Source: Basidiobolus meristosporus CBS 931.73
Lineage: Eukaryota; Fungi; Basidiobolomycota
Direction: 5' to 3'
Length of the DNA stretch: 64,000 bases
NCBI GenBank assembly: GCA_002104905.1
Contig: MCFE01000363.1
Span: 23,270-87,269, forward strand
A program made the translations under genes and the position numbers. Positions within the stretch are counted from its first letter, which is position 1. Every line of letters starts with the position of its first letter. The notes below the pieces were generated by a model, which was given only the letters and a program-made list of their open reading frames with translations, had not been told where the DNA came from and searched no databases. Of the stretch, positions 14,191 through 26,714 are shown one piece after another.

Positions 14191-15240
14191 TGCGGTCTAT
14201 GGTAATTGGGTATTGAGTTAGACGGCTTCTGGTGAAAGTAGATATGGTTAAAACAAAGAGGGGCTGACCTGGGTTGATTAGTTATGTGCACAAGCCGATT
14301 CACACGAGGCCATCGTTACCCTCCTACCTGGTAAAACATTTCAGCGACTTTTTTCTCCTGCACATTCACTCGGGGTTGTTTTTCAGCTGCAAAAGGAAAG
14401 TAATGAGCCCTGTTTTGGCTAAATCATTCAGCATCTTTGTTGGTCTGCAGCTATGAGAATTCCTAACTGTGATTTGGGCTTCTATGATCAAGTCTGATTA
14501 ACGTAAATCGACCTAAAATGAGCATTGGCGCATTCTTAATTGATCTGGTTGGGTACTGGCCCGGGGGCTGCGATTTGGTTAATGAGATACCAAGGCAACC
14601 CCTCACGAATTATTGGAGCTTGGCTATTGAGAATCTGTTCAACAAGGAATGAGGCCAAGTCACATGCCCATTGGTTGATTTCAGGCAAAACCAGGAGAAA
14701 AGAGCCTCCGTATATCACGTGGTTAGGATGGCGCATGAGTGCGCAGCGAAATCTGTGCCTGTTTCCAAAGTTCAGGTAACCACGGGCGTAGATAGTCACG
14801 GTGTTGTGGGAATGTACTCACCAGAGATGATCGTACTACACGTCTATTCAGCGGTGTTACGTATCATATGTGTCTGGCCAGTCACACATTTCATCTGGTG
14901 TGTATCATGGGGCTGTGCTCCCCGAGGGGGTTACAGTCAGATTCATGTTGAAGTCTGCGGTGATGAGACATATTCATCATTAAGGGTGGGAGCAGCGGAA
15001 CATTGGCTCATCCGTGGTGGTCCCTTTACTGAGAAAATTCGTAACCGAGATTGCTACAAGTGGTTGGATATCAGAATACTGTCGATGATGGTGTGAAATA
15101 GTGATGAAATTAATAATAATACGTGGTGCACATCATTCAATGAGAAGTCAAGTTTATTTTGAGGGATTCACAGTTTTGAGAATTACTTTTGATCAGCTGG
15201 TATAGTGCTTCAGCACCAACCGCTAACCAGTGAGCCGATC

Positions 15241-18200
15241 CTACAGACCATTCCTTCTTCTTCTGAAGCAACTTGGCTTCTTGGGCGCCCTCTTTTCAAT
15301 CGCATCAAATGTGATCCCAGACGTTTGAGTTCTTAGCTTGTACTGCATTCGTTTTCGGATGGCGAATTTGATGGTTTCGTTTATCACAAACAAAACCACC
15401 AAGGTGATCAAAATTTTGGCCCAACCGAAGGCGGGTACAGGGGTAAGGTCAAGCCATCTGGCTATCACCGGGACATAGATCCCGATAAGCATGCACGACA
15501 TGGAGAAGATATATGCACCGATCATGTATCTGTTGCTTAGTATTCCAACCTTGAAGATCGAGATGTACACTGATCTCGAGAAGAAAGAATGTGTTAGCTG
15601 TAGTGTAGTTAGGCACGTGAATGCTAAGGATCGTGCATCCGCGTTGGATATGCCTTCAACACGAAGAGCGATCAGGTAGACGCCCAAGGTGAGACTGGCC
15701 ATGACTAACGCCTCTACGAAAATAACAGTTGAGGTAACCCAGGTGAGAATTCCTTCGTCAGGGTTACGAGGAGGTCTTGTCATCAGATCGATCTCCGGCG
15801 GTTCCATACCAAGTGACATTGCTGGAGGAATATCGGCAATGATATTGGCCCAGAGAATCATCATGATTGTAAATGGCATTTCGTCCATGTTGATGATGGC
15901 AGCCATCAACATCAAGAAGATCTCAGCAGCATTACAGCTCAGCAAGTATACGATGAACTTCAGTATATTGTCGAAAACACGCCTTCCTTCCTCGACTGCA
16001 GCCACAATCGTGGAAAAGTCGTCATTGGCAAGAACGATGTCCGCGGCTTGCTTGGTAATCTCCGTACCTCCCAGCCCCATGGCTACACCAACATTGGCAG
16101 CCTTGATTGCGGGAGCGTCGTTTACACCGTCCCCGGTCATGGCAACGCATTGTCCACGGCTTTGCAGCGCTTTGACAATTTTCAACTTGTTATCAGGACT
16201 AACTCTGGCAAACACGTTGGGAAATGGTTTAAGGTCGGCGATTGCTTCATCTGACAACAGGTCCAACTCAACACCACGAATAGCGCGACTCATGTGTGGA
16301 ACATTAGGCTCGATGATTCCTAGATCGGTGGCAATAGAGACTGCAGTGGAAATATGATCTCCGGTAATCATGACCACTCTAATCCCGGCTTCCTTGCATT
16401 TTTTGATCGACTCCTCTACTGACGCACGTGGAGGATCAATTAGTCCAATTAGTCCAACAAACGTCAAATCTGACTCGACATCCTGCTGATCTACTGGCTT
16501 GCTTTCGGAGGGGGTGTCCATCGGGACATACTTGAATGCAAGGCCCAAAACTCTTAATCCCCGGGACGCCATCTTCGAGCTCTCTTCTGAGAAGAGGTCA
16601 CCATACTCATCGGTTAACGGGGAGCTACTGCTGGGAAGCGACTCGAGGAAGCTGAACGGTTTGTTGGTCAAATCCACATTGTCGGTGGGCAAAAAGGAAT
16701 TACATTTGGACAAAACTTCCTCCGAAGCACCCTTGACAAGGACCAGTTTTTTGTTTGCGGTGGATTCGGAATCAGGCGCCGCATTGAATGAGCAAATGGT
16801 ACTCATCAGCTTTCTGTCGCTATCAAATGGAATTTCCCATAGTTTCTTGACTCCGAACTCATCTTGGCAACGGGCTTTCGTGATGCCAACCTTCTGTGCT
16901 GCAACTACTAGGGCAACTTCGGTTGAGTCACCAATGCCTACCCATTCGTTTTCAAATGTGATGTTTGCGTTATTACAAGTTGACGAGATGATAAGCGACA
17001 TGAATAGATCGCGTGGCAGGTTGCTACTAGTGGATGCAAACTCTTGCGTCACAGTCGTGGACTCGGCTTTCTCTGAAACAGAATCAAACATGACCTTCCC
17101 TTCGTTGGGGTTCAGGCTTGTAGAGTGAGTGAATACGAATCGATTGCTAGCTCCGGTCCATACTTCGCTGGCGCCCATTTTTCCTTCGGTAAGGGTGCCA
17201 GTCTTGTCAGAGCAGATGACTGTGACACTCCCCAGTGTTTCCACTGCAGGTAATCTTCGAACAATGGCATTTCGGTTGGCCATTCGGCGAACGGCAAGAG
17301 CCATAGTTACTGTGACTACTGCTACCAAGCCTTCAGGGATGACTGAGACCGCTAAACTCATGCCAAGCTTCAATCGCTCAATAGGGTCACGCTTCCATAG
17401 AACGCCAATCACCACGAACAAGGCACACAACAGGATTGCTACCACAACAAGCCATTTTCCCAGACGGGACAGCTTACGCTGAATCGGTGTTCTGCTTTTG
17501 GTTGCCCCGGTAATAGCTGAGCTGATCTTGCCAACCTCCGTTTGACTGCCGGTACGAACAACGAGGCCCTTTCCACGCCCCCTAGCAACAGTAGTGGCCA
17601 TGAATGCATTTCCCTTGCAGTCACCCAAAGGCATTTTACGAGTACGGGAGCGAATTCGGTCGACATTCTTCTGGACCGCGATGCTCTCACCGGTTAGGAT
17701 ACTCTCGATCACCTCCAGCTGAGACACTTCCACTAGACGCAGATCCGCAGGTACAGCTTCGCCTTCCTCGAGTATAACAATATCTCCGGGTACTAGCTCT
17801 GTAGCGTCAATGATTTGCTGATTTCCGTCGCGAACGACCTGGGCTTTGGGGACAGTTAAGCTTGTGAGTGCTTCAAGGGCTTTACTTGCTTTGTACTCTT
17901 GGGTAAACCCAATGATGGTGTTCAGCGCGATAACGACCAATAGAACGATTGTAGCCTTGAAGTCCCCTTCAACACCAACCACGATAGCCGCCATCAGGAG
18001 GATGATGATCATGAAGTCTGTGAGTTGCGTAAACAGCATCTTCCAAACCGAGGGTTTCGGAGGGCGAGGCAATTCGTTTTTCCCGTAATGCTCGAGTAGC
18101 GGGGGTATGTCCTTTTGGCCTAATCCGTTTTCTATGGAGGTGCGGAACATGCTCTCCAATCGCTTTCCATCACGATCGAAATAGAGGCCAGAGGGTGGCA

Positions 18201-18795
18201 TCAAGATGCAATTGTGCTCCGGCATTTTTGGGTGCTGCATGTTATTACCCAAAGATTCCAACAACTTGGCTGCTTCCCGATGATGCGAAGAGCGCACAAG
18301 GTCTCTCCAGTCATCGAACTGGGGGAAGATTGTGGTCAGCAGACCTATCATCGCGACTGCTGCATGCTTCTGTTCTTCAGTAGCTGAATCACGAACTCGA
18401 CGATACAACACCAGACTGTGTTGGAGATCGGTGACGGATTTCTCGCCAACAGCTAGGCGGAAATCGTGGATTTCTTGCAAGAACTCACCAAATAACGCGA
18501 ACGCCATATCCGCCTCTTTGGTCAATCTTGGCTTGAATCTGCCTTCGCACTGCCCGACGTAGAGCAGCAGGCCATCGGCAAGACGGCGCATCAATGGCAA
18601 TTCCAGGTGTGGCTGGAGACCGTCTTTAATACGGTAGTCCATTACGTAGCGTAGGCCGATTAAGACATCTTCAAGGCTTAATTCGGGGTTTTCGAGTTGA
18701 TCGAAAAGATCGATTACATGAATGTCAATTTGATGTTCAATTGAAGCTAGCCCATCTCGGTAAGAATGCGATTCAAAGATATGGTCTTTGGTCAT
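15241..18795 (-). CDS. P-type II cation-transporting ATPase (Ca2+/Na+, IIA/IID-like), 1184 aa, intronless
   Basis: TGES actuator motif, PEGL in TM4, DKTGTLT phosphorylation site, MITGD and TGDGVNDAP. Subtype and ion cannot be fixed without a phylogeny. Confidence 0.95.
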   Translation of the reverse strand: MTKDHIFESHSYRDGLASIEHQIDIHVIDLFDQLENPELSLEDVLIGLRYVMDYRIKDGLQPHLELPLMRRLADGLLLYVGQCEGRFKPRLTKEADMAFALFGEFLQEIHDFRLAVGEKSVTDLQHSLVLYRRVRDSATEEQKHAAVAMIGLLTTIFPQFDDWRDLVRSSHHREAAKLLESLGNNMQHPKMPEHNCILMPPSGLYFDRDGKRLESMFRTSIENGLGQKDIPPLLEHYGKNELPRPPKPSVWKMLFTQLTDFMIIILLMAAIVVGVEGDFKATIVLLVVIALNTIIGFTQEYKASKALEALTSLTVPKAQVVRDGNQQIIDATELVPGDIVILEEGEAVPADLRLVEVSQLEVIESILTGESIAVQKNVDRIRSRTRKMPLGDCKGNAFMATTVARGRGKGLVVRTGSQTEVGKISSAITGATKSRTPIQRKLSRLGKWLVVVAILLCALFVVIGVLWKRDPIERLKLGMSLAVSVIPEGLVAVVTVTMALAVRRMANRNAIVRRLPAVETLGSVTVICSDKTGTLTEGKMGASEVWTGASNRFVFTHSTSLNPNEGKVMFDSVSEKAESTTVTQEFASTSSNLPRDLFMSLIISSTCNNANITFENEWVGIGDSTEVALVVAAQKVGITKARCQDEFGVKKLWEIPFDSDRKLMSTICSFNAAPDSESTANKKLVLVKGASEEVLSKCNSFLPTDNVDLTNKPFSFLESLPSSSSPLTDEYGDLFSEESSKMASRGLRVLGLAFKYVPMDTPSESKPVDQQDVESDLTFVGLIGLIDPPRASVEESIKKCKEAGIRVVMITGDHISTAVSIATDLGIIEPNVPHMSRAIRGVELDLLSDEAIADLKPFPNVFARVSPDNKLKIVKALQSRGQCVAMTGDGVNDAPAIKAANVGVAMGLGGTEITKQAADIVLANDDFSTIVAAVEEGRRVFDNILKFIVYLLSCNAAEIFLMLMAAIINMDEMPFTIMMILWANIIADIPPAMSLGMEPPEIDLMTRPPRNPDEGILTWVTSTVIFVEALVMASLTLGVYLIALRVEGISNADARSLAFTCLTTLQLTHSFFSRSVYISIFKVGILSNRYMIGAYIFSMSCMLIGIYVPVIARWLDLTPVPAFGWAKILITLVVLFVINETIKFAIRKRMQYKLRTQTSGITFDAIEKRAPKKPSCFRRRRNGL

Positions 18796-21563
18796 AAATA
18801 GAGGGATTGAGACTGCTTGTTACTTCTTCTACTTGCTGGGAAAGTTGTGGGCTAAGTGAAGATGAACGTTGCTAAAAATCAAGAACCTTCGTTAGTATCC
18901 ATGGCAGGTGGGAGTAGTCAGCGGAAGCAAACAGTATCTTACATTCAAAGTTCAATGAAGTGAAAGTGTTGTGAGTGAGTACTCGAGATTGACAGTCTGC
19001 ATTATTTATATAACTTACCCCGAGTTGCCATTGTGACCTTGCATATTATGGAATTGGTAGGTTGTGCTACTCGGAATCCATCAATACCAATCAATATAAT
19101 TTACTAATGGATGTGACTGGAAAGGTGCCAATATGCCAATCCTTTTGGGGTGTACCCTTCACGCTAGAGGGTGACTAATGCACCCATCAAATGCCAATTA
19201 GATACCACCCTTCTTTTCCAGCAGATGAAAATCTAAAACCCAGGCTCTATCAGCTTTAAGATAGCTGGAACCTAATTCGCCCCCTTATCCCTAATTAGGG
19301 AATAGATGTGTATCTCTCCCCCTGAACGTGTGCTTTATTCGTAACTATATGCTGATCCAACGTTTTCCCCATCCATGACAATATGGAATTGGCATTGCCA
19401 TTTGAACGGGGGACGACCCATCATGGTTAGATCGAGTGATAGCACAAACCCAACTCTGAATTCTAGTTGTCATTTCTATTCCGGCAAGTGGATTGCGTAT
19501 TGGCGCATGAGTGCCAAGAATCATCCGATTGCATTATTCAAGGAAGCCTGAATCAAATCAATGTTTGTGCACATTCTAGAAGGACGAATGATGGCTAGGC
19601 AATTGCCAAGCGGTGCTACCGAAGTTGCGCAGCATGTCACGATGAAAGTGTATGGAATATCTGAGGGTCGATGGCTTGGCCAGCGTAGTCAGGTGCCCGT
19701 GTGGAAGCAAGCCAATTTCGTATCGCTGTGTTGTTTCGTGGATGTACCTCAGCTATGTTTCAAATCCCTCTGTCAAACAGATGCCGCCTGAGTGGATATT
19801 AATGGCAGTTAATTTAGGAATCATCGAGGTGAAAAGGAAAGGGGACGTGGATCAATGATAATTCAACATATAAAGTAAGGTTCAGTTGATTATGAATTTA
19901 CCAGGACAAAGTGAGTCTATCCCTGTATGATGACGACTGCGACGCTGTCATCTCGTTACTTGATGAGGAGCGACAATCAAACCAATTTCATGTTTCGAAC
20001 TGTTGGAGCCTGCGCTGGCTCCAATCGCTGTGCATAAATCGCCACAGAAATGTGACAACTGGTTTTGATCTAGTTTGTATCAGGAATGGGGTTTTCATGT
20101 TCTATTATACAATATTGGCCAATAACATCCCCTTGTGAAACCCTCCATAAGATGAAAGCTTCGCTGGATATATGATGGCCCCGTCTAATAGTTCTTAGAC
20201 TTGTGTCACGCGTGCCCGTAAGACAGATCATCAATGATAATTGTAGCTTTGTTATATCATTTATGATTATATATCGCTGATGCTGTTGTAATATATCAAG
20301 CAAATAATCTCATGGTGGCTATGCTCTGCAGTTTTCCTGCCGTGTAGTTGCAAAGGAAAGCTTTATCTATCGCCTGACGAACAGAATTAGGCAGTGACCA
20401 CCAAATCATGTTTCTCTAATCAGACTGTTTCGGCTGCTCCTTAAAATACTCGGAGATTTATGAGGTATTCGTGAAACGCAGTTTTACTCATTTCTGGCTC
20501 ATCGTAGATGAATTCACAATTTAAGGTTGAGATTCTGGAAAACCGATGCATGTTTTCCAGGGTCTTTCTTATTCAACGAACCCGAGCCTCTTGACTGATG
20601 AGGTGTAGGATATCCCAAACCTGTTTAGTTATCAGATTATCCGTAGGAAATGGGAAAGTGATTGTTAGAATAGTTTATGACGATACTTTGAGCCAATGAG
20701 GTTGAGAATAGCGACACGGGATGCATCCAGATTAGAACAGTAGTTTTTACGAGTACTTGCTGCTACATTAAAATGTATTCTGAATCAAGTACAAATTCAT
20801 CATCATTATCATTATCATTGATACCTCGCTTTGGACCTGATCATGTTGTTACTGCTCTTTGTCTACGAACAACTAACAACGCCGCCTTTGCAAATCTCGG
20901 CACCACTTGTTAATGGCTTCGGTCTTGATATTACCTCAGGGAGAAGCTATAGAAGATGTGGCGCAGTCCAGTCTTGTTTTCGATTAGCATTTTCTAATCT
21001 GTCCAATCCAGACCATATCAATATGTACTATTTCGACAATGCTATTTCAATAATTATGGAAATGCATTTCCATTAGATGCAACATTCATATACACACATC
21101 AAATAGTTTCATAATCAACTTGGCAATGTATGTGAGGTTGCCTTAGCAGTTGAGTACTCATTAGGTTGGTTGAAAACATTAGATTGAAATTAATCTTTCA
21201 ATTGCTCGAGTAAGATCTTTTGTACAATGACTCAGGCCAAAGGAGGCCAAGTATAGTATTTCTTGGTAAGAAATAGGTTTGGCGCTAAAGCGCTCATCAA
21301 AGTCTAAACATAATACCAAGCCACAGCAGAACGATGGGAATTTAAGACAACGTATATTGTGTAGACTGTACACTGAGATCATTGAAGTCTGCTAAGAATG
21401 ATGGCGATAAATGTATAGTGGTCTACAATTCTACGAAAATGTATAGGAAATCAAGATACTAAATGACACGTTGAGGAAAACTAGAGGCAACACTCAAGTA
21501 TAGCAACAGATTAGGCAATAAACATCGAGTATACTATTATACGAAAATCTCGGCAACTTTCCT

Positions 21564-24088
21564 TTACGATTTGGCATTGCGGAACGCAAGTAATGGTGCC
21601 AAACCACTTAGTGGACCAGCTCTCTTGAGGAAATCATGCTACAATGTTCACATAGAATACGTTAACTGAGAACATACCCATCAGAATTCATTAATTCAGA
21701 AACGTATTCTACCTGTAGTAACTCTGCTGAATCAGCACGGCTTTTGACATCAACACATAGGCATTCTGCTAGAAAACTCTTCAACTCGCGACTCAAAATC
21801 TCTGGTTTCTTCAGAGTGGGCGTTCCGTTGGTAGCAATCAGGTAAAGTGCTTTCAAAGGCTCCTCATCAAGGTAGGGTGGCTCGTTTTCGATCATTTCAA
21901 TAGCCATAATACCCAAGGACCAAATATCCACTTTGGCACCATACTCCTTTTGTTTCACAACTTCCGGTGCCATCCAATATGGGGTACCAACCATTGTTGC
22001 TCTCTTATTCTTATGCTCAGTGAGTTTTGCGCAGAATCCGAAGTCAGCTGTTAGAATCCAGTTAGAATTGCATGTAGTGTTTACACAGTCTTACGAAATG
22101 CCACTGGGCATTGGCTTACTGATTTTAACATGCCCTTCGGCGTCAAGCAATACGTTATCGCTCTTGATGTCGCGGTGAATGATATTTTGACTATGAAGAT
22201 GGTGAAGCCCTCTACATGTCTATTGGATATCCGATTTAATTAACCAATCGATGCAAGGTTGTCTTAATTGTATACCTCGAGGCAAATGGTAGCAATGTGT
22301 GTCTCATTTAACGAGTTGTTGTCAATAACATCGGTGAGGGCGCCACCCTCCATGAGCTCCATAATTACCCAAAGTTCCGAGGACTGGATCAGATAGCTGT
22401 CGAGAAAGTTCACGATATTTGGGTGCTGTGCTTCCTTCATTACCAAGATTTCGTTAACTATCAATTCTTTTCGGGGCTGGTGACCAAGATCCATCTGTTT
22501 AATTGCAACTCTTTGATTGGTGGTTAAAGAGCGTGCGACATAAACTGAACCAGATGCTCTGTAGCCATATTAATAAAAGACAAGCAATGACAACGATTAA
22601 TGTGAACCCATACCCTTGACCGATTTTCTTAATTTTGAGATAGAGATTAGTTGGGTCACCTCGAGAGACGATAGATTCTAAAAAAATGAATTAGTCTTGT
22701 TGGATTTCACTCCCTGAAGTACAGGTAAACATACTCAGTTTCTCCATGATTTGCGGTTCGGTCATGGTGGACAATCTTTGATCTTTGAGTTTTGCTTTGG
22801 GTTTGACCACAACATCGGTTTGGACAATCCCTTGCTGCAATGGAGCGGGTTGTGGTGGTTGCTTGGTTGGAATTGGCTTCGCCGGGATTTGTTTCACTGG
22901 CACCTGTTTTGTAGGAATTTGCTTTGCAGGGATCTGCTTGTTGGGTGGTTGCTTCACGGGAATCTGCTTAGTAGGTAGTTGCTTGGGTGGGATTTGCTTG
23001 ATTGGCGGTTGTTTGGGTAATGTTGGCTGGCGATTTAACGGGATGTCAACCATATCATTTGGTGGGATCATTGGATGCCCAACCTTATGAGGTTTGAGTT
23101 GCTAAAAGAGAGGGCTGTCTTAGGTACATGGTTCTTCGAATGCATATCCGGGTTAAGCTTACCGAAGATGGTGGGGTAGGATATCCATTGACCTTGTGAT
23201 TTGGTGAAGGTGGTGGCCGGTTTGGTGTTGGTAGTCTTCCATCCAACTAGTGATTTTTGTTATTTTAGTCACTAAATTTGGCAATGTATGTATATGTAGG
23301 TGCATTACTTGTGGAAGCAGCCCTGCCCATTTATCGGGTGGTGGTGGCATTGGATAAGTTTGACTGCTCTTTTGATTTTCAGTGTAGAACTCCAACACAT
23401 CTAGCACTGCCTGAGGATTCTTTGAATAATCTTCTTTCGTGATAGCTGAAGAAGCTAATAGCCTTGTCCATGCATCCGGAAGTCCCTAGCAACATTGCCG
23501 CTTTAAACAGAGTTCTGCATTTCAAGTCCTAATAAGTTAGACGCTACCGTAAATGCGCCTGTAACTGAATCAAAACCAACATGAAGTTTGTGCTGGAAGT
23601 TTGTGGGATTGGATACGGTCATCAATGGAGAACACTGATTGATTGAATGTGGTCAGTAGAGTGATATGCCCTGGATTGACAAGGACCTTGACTATACCGA
23701 GTATATCGAGTCCATCCAAGAATACAATTCTTCATCATTCTTACAAGCAAGATAGTAAGTTTTTTCTTTGGTAACAATTTCGAAACTATAAGGCTTTAAC
23801 TCGTTGCGGTTTAAGCCTTCAATTTCCTTCATAAAAATAAGACCGAGGGGACTTGACGAAGTCTAAAAGGATCCAATAGGTATTCCATTAGCCATTCAAC
23901 ATTTAACAGAGTTGTGTGTAGTCGCGGTGCTAGGTATCTGAAAACTCATTTAAGCGTATTTGTACCTCATTTCTGTGAAATGTGAGTGATCTCTCACGAA
24001 GAACCATATATCTTTTCGACCAAATCCAGGCCCGCAATCCCTCTTCTTTGAGTGCAAGATAGCCTTTTTTTAGAGGAACCGTAGACAT
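21564..24088 (-). CDS. CLA4: Cla4/Skm1-type PAK (STE20 family) kinase: PH + CRIB + kinase; multi-exon
   Basis: PH: [26 protein letters not shown]...[29 protein letters not shown]: [29 protein letters not shown]. Kinase: [31 protein letters not shown]. Last exon [24 protein letters not shown]. Start codon at 24088 is inferred. Confidence 0.92.
22850..23014 (-). repeat. 15-bp coding tandem repeat: 11 x K-Q/P-x-P-x pentapeptide in the PAK linker
   Basis: [55 protein letters not shown] read directly from the ORF. Confidence 0.9.
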
Positions 24089-25039
24089 CGTTTGTATGTA
24101 TATTTAAAACTAGCAATATTGAACCAAAAGGCCCTGGTGGATTAGTCTCACTTTAAAGGAAGTAATAAATGTACTTCAAATACGAAGGGTAGTGCCAATC
24201 AAAGGAATTTCACTCAGAAAAACCACTTAAAGTGCGTTGGCCAACTTGCACTGAAAACAAGCTCCCAAGAGGAATAGTAACCTTGACTGTCAAAAACAGG
24301 GGAAAGCAGTAAAGAAAGACAGTTGAGGGATAAGATTCAGCAAGATCAAGGATAACTCTGAAGTATGGCCTTGGGTGGGGCGAGGGGGCTTTTACTGCAT
24401 ATACGCAAATGAATGTGGAACTAGAATTAGGGGTTGGAGGGGCATGGTTCATAGTTTCATAGAAACTTAGGTAATCTCGTATGCTCAGAATTAAATTCCC
24501 GGTACCCCACTACACCCCCGCGGTGAGTGAATGGCTTAAGAGCACACTGAAATTGATATGACTGCTTCAACCATGAATATGGACCTATCCCTCCAAATTG
24601 AGATCCATACGAAGCATGAATCAATCCGATGTTATAAGGGCGTTACAGGATGGTGGCTTGAAGGTGGATATAATGGAGATTACTGCAGAGTTCCCAGAAG
24701 GAGGATAATCATTGTACAAGGACACAATCAGACGTCTAATTTTATTCATCAATTGCTGGCCAGTTTTGTACGGCGCAATATAATCATATTGGCTAATATT
24801 CAGGATTCCACTCTTGTAGTCGGACCAAATGCCTCAAGATGGAAGTTACCACGAAAGCTGGATGACCCAAAGCAATTTTGTACATCAACCTTTTGCAGAT
24901 CTGTGCACACATACTACACATAAATAACACGACCAGTACGAACCTGGAGAGCCATTTCGAATTGTCAATCAGATTAATAAAGCCTGAACTACCCTGTAGA
25001 CATCTGTACCGAACATTGCTCTATAGAGATGCTTTGTTG

Positions 25040-25500
25040 CGGATGGACTATTTCACGAACGGTCGGGGTTCAAGAAAGGGTTGCCAGTTTGACCCCCTGT
25101 ATCCATAGTGAACAAAAGAATGAGAGCTACAACACACTCGGTTGAAACCCATAACCAATCAACGCCGATAGTTGAGATTCGAAAGCAGCTGAACTGGCTT
25201 CACTTTCCCAAGCAACGTCGAGTACTGATTCCAGCCAACAGGCCGCACTCACCTTGTGATCCTACGCAGAAAATGACCCTTGAGGCTCATCACCCCTTGA
25301 ATAATAGCACCCACTGCACTAATATGGTAGCAAACAAATGCCCAATGACGCCTTGATGAGGCTCTAGTGTACCTACAGATTAAGCAAGATATAAACAGCA
25401 ATGCCGTTACGGAAACAAACAACCAATAAGCAGCAATGTACTCGAAAATGGATATAATATACAGCAATGGTATTGAGTCTTGGACACCAGGTATGATCAT
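25040..25500 (-). other. Possible fragment of a multi-exon membrane-protein gene or pseudogene
   Basis: Hydrophobic 83-aa ORF ending at a GTGAGT donor, followed by an in-phase hydrophobic segment (CFRISTIGVDWLWVSTECVVALILLF). No family recognised and no complete model could be built. Confidence 0.25.
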
Positions 25501-26714
25501 ACATCAACACGTGTTTCATCGGGAGGGTTAAAGCACAAATTTATCCGTAGCACGCAGCACAATTCCGCTAATAGTTGTCTTGATGATCAACATCATGCAC
25601 CGCAAACTCCTCGTGGAAAGGTGCCAATGCGGAAACACCCAATGACGGCCAGGAAGTATTAATCTCCATCCTGGGCCACCACTGCCTCTCATCTAGCCGT
25701 GGTTCTGCAGCGAATGTCTTCACAAAATTAGTCAGATTACTGCGAATTAAATTCCATCGTGACTATCTACCGCTGAATCGGGGTTACTCTGTAGTAATGG
25801 ACTGTCAGAGGCCATAACCACAGACAGCCAGCGAACTACTCAAGATCAATATATGTATTTAAGGGCCTGCTCTCACCAAATTAGATCTGTAACGTAGTGC
25901 ATATCACATACATAGATGTGGCCGTCGGCTAGGAGAATATCTACAGAATGCGGTTAGCATAGCCAGAGACCTTGTCCAGCTCTGAACCTATGTGAACGAT
26001 GTTGCGTGATCCTTCGGCTTCACTAAATCCAGACTTGCGCAAAATTTTCTTGTAGACGGCGCCTATTTTTGATTACATCATTCCCATGGGATGACTCTTC
26101 GACTGTTAATTAATAGGCCATCTACTCACAAATCAACGAATCCTCACTTTGGCCAAGTAATCAACAATGCATCATCACATCGGATCAACAAGTGTCGGTG
26201 ATCATTTTTCAAGTTACCAATCTTCAAGTCAGAGCTTCGAAAATTTCCTTTCTTGTGTCATGCTCCAAGCTACGGATGCCATTAGTAATAGAGGAAAAGA
26301 TGTGTTATTGGATAGAATGGCACCATAATGGCAATCCGAAAATCAACCCAAATCGCCTGGAAATTATCCTGTTCTACCACTCTTTAATGGTTACACGGAT
26401 CAATCGAAGCCCAGATAGAGCATTCATTTTTGTTTTTGCACGGCTCATCCTATGACATTCTCTATTCTCGTGCTCATCAACCCGGAGCACGATTTGTCCA
26501 GGACGGATTAGAAAATTCCGAGAGTCTGAGGTGGCGGCCAACTGCTAGGTGCTATTTAACTGATGGATATTCACATCAACACCACATTGTTGCTGTCCTG
26601 TCCATTGCCTTGATAGTCATTTTAGAGGTTAATACACCATCATAACCCTTGCCTGAATTCCAACCTACATTTTGATATCCCACACTACCAGTTCGTAAAC
26701 TAAGCTTCAATTAT

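Noticed and set aside
14671-15096. 141-aa plus-strand ORF between the TLC gene and the ATPase
   Set aside because: It has no domain signal and atypical composition, so it is probably spurious.
15491-18562. Plus-strand ORFs of up to 222 aa opposite the P-type ATPase
   Set aside because: These are antisense shadows caused by the codon bias of the real gene.
20535-20560. 9-bp perfect hairpin ctggaaaac-N8-gttttccag
   Set aside because: A single short inverted repeat is expected by chance in 64 kb, and there is no TSD or second copy.
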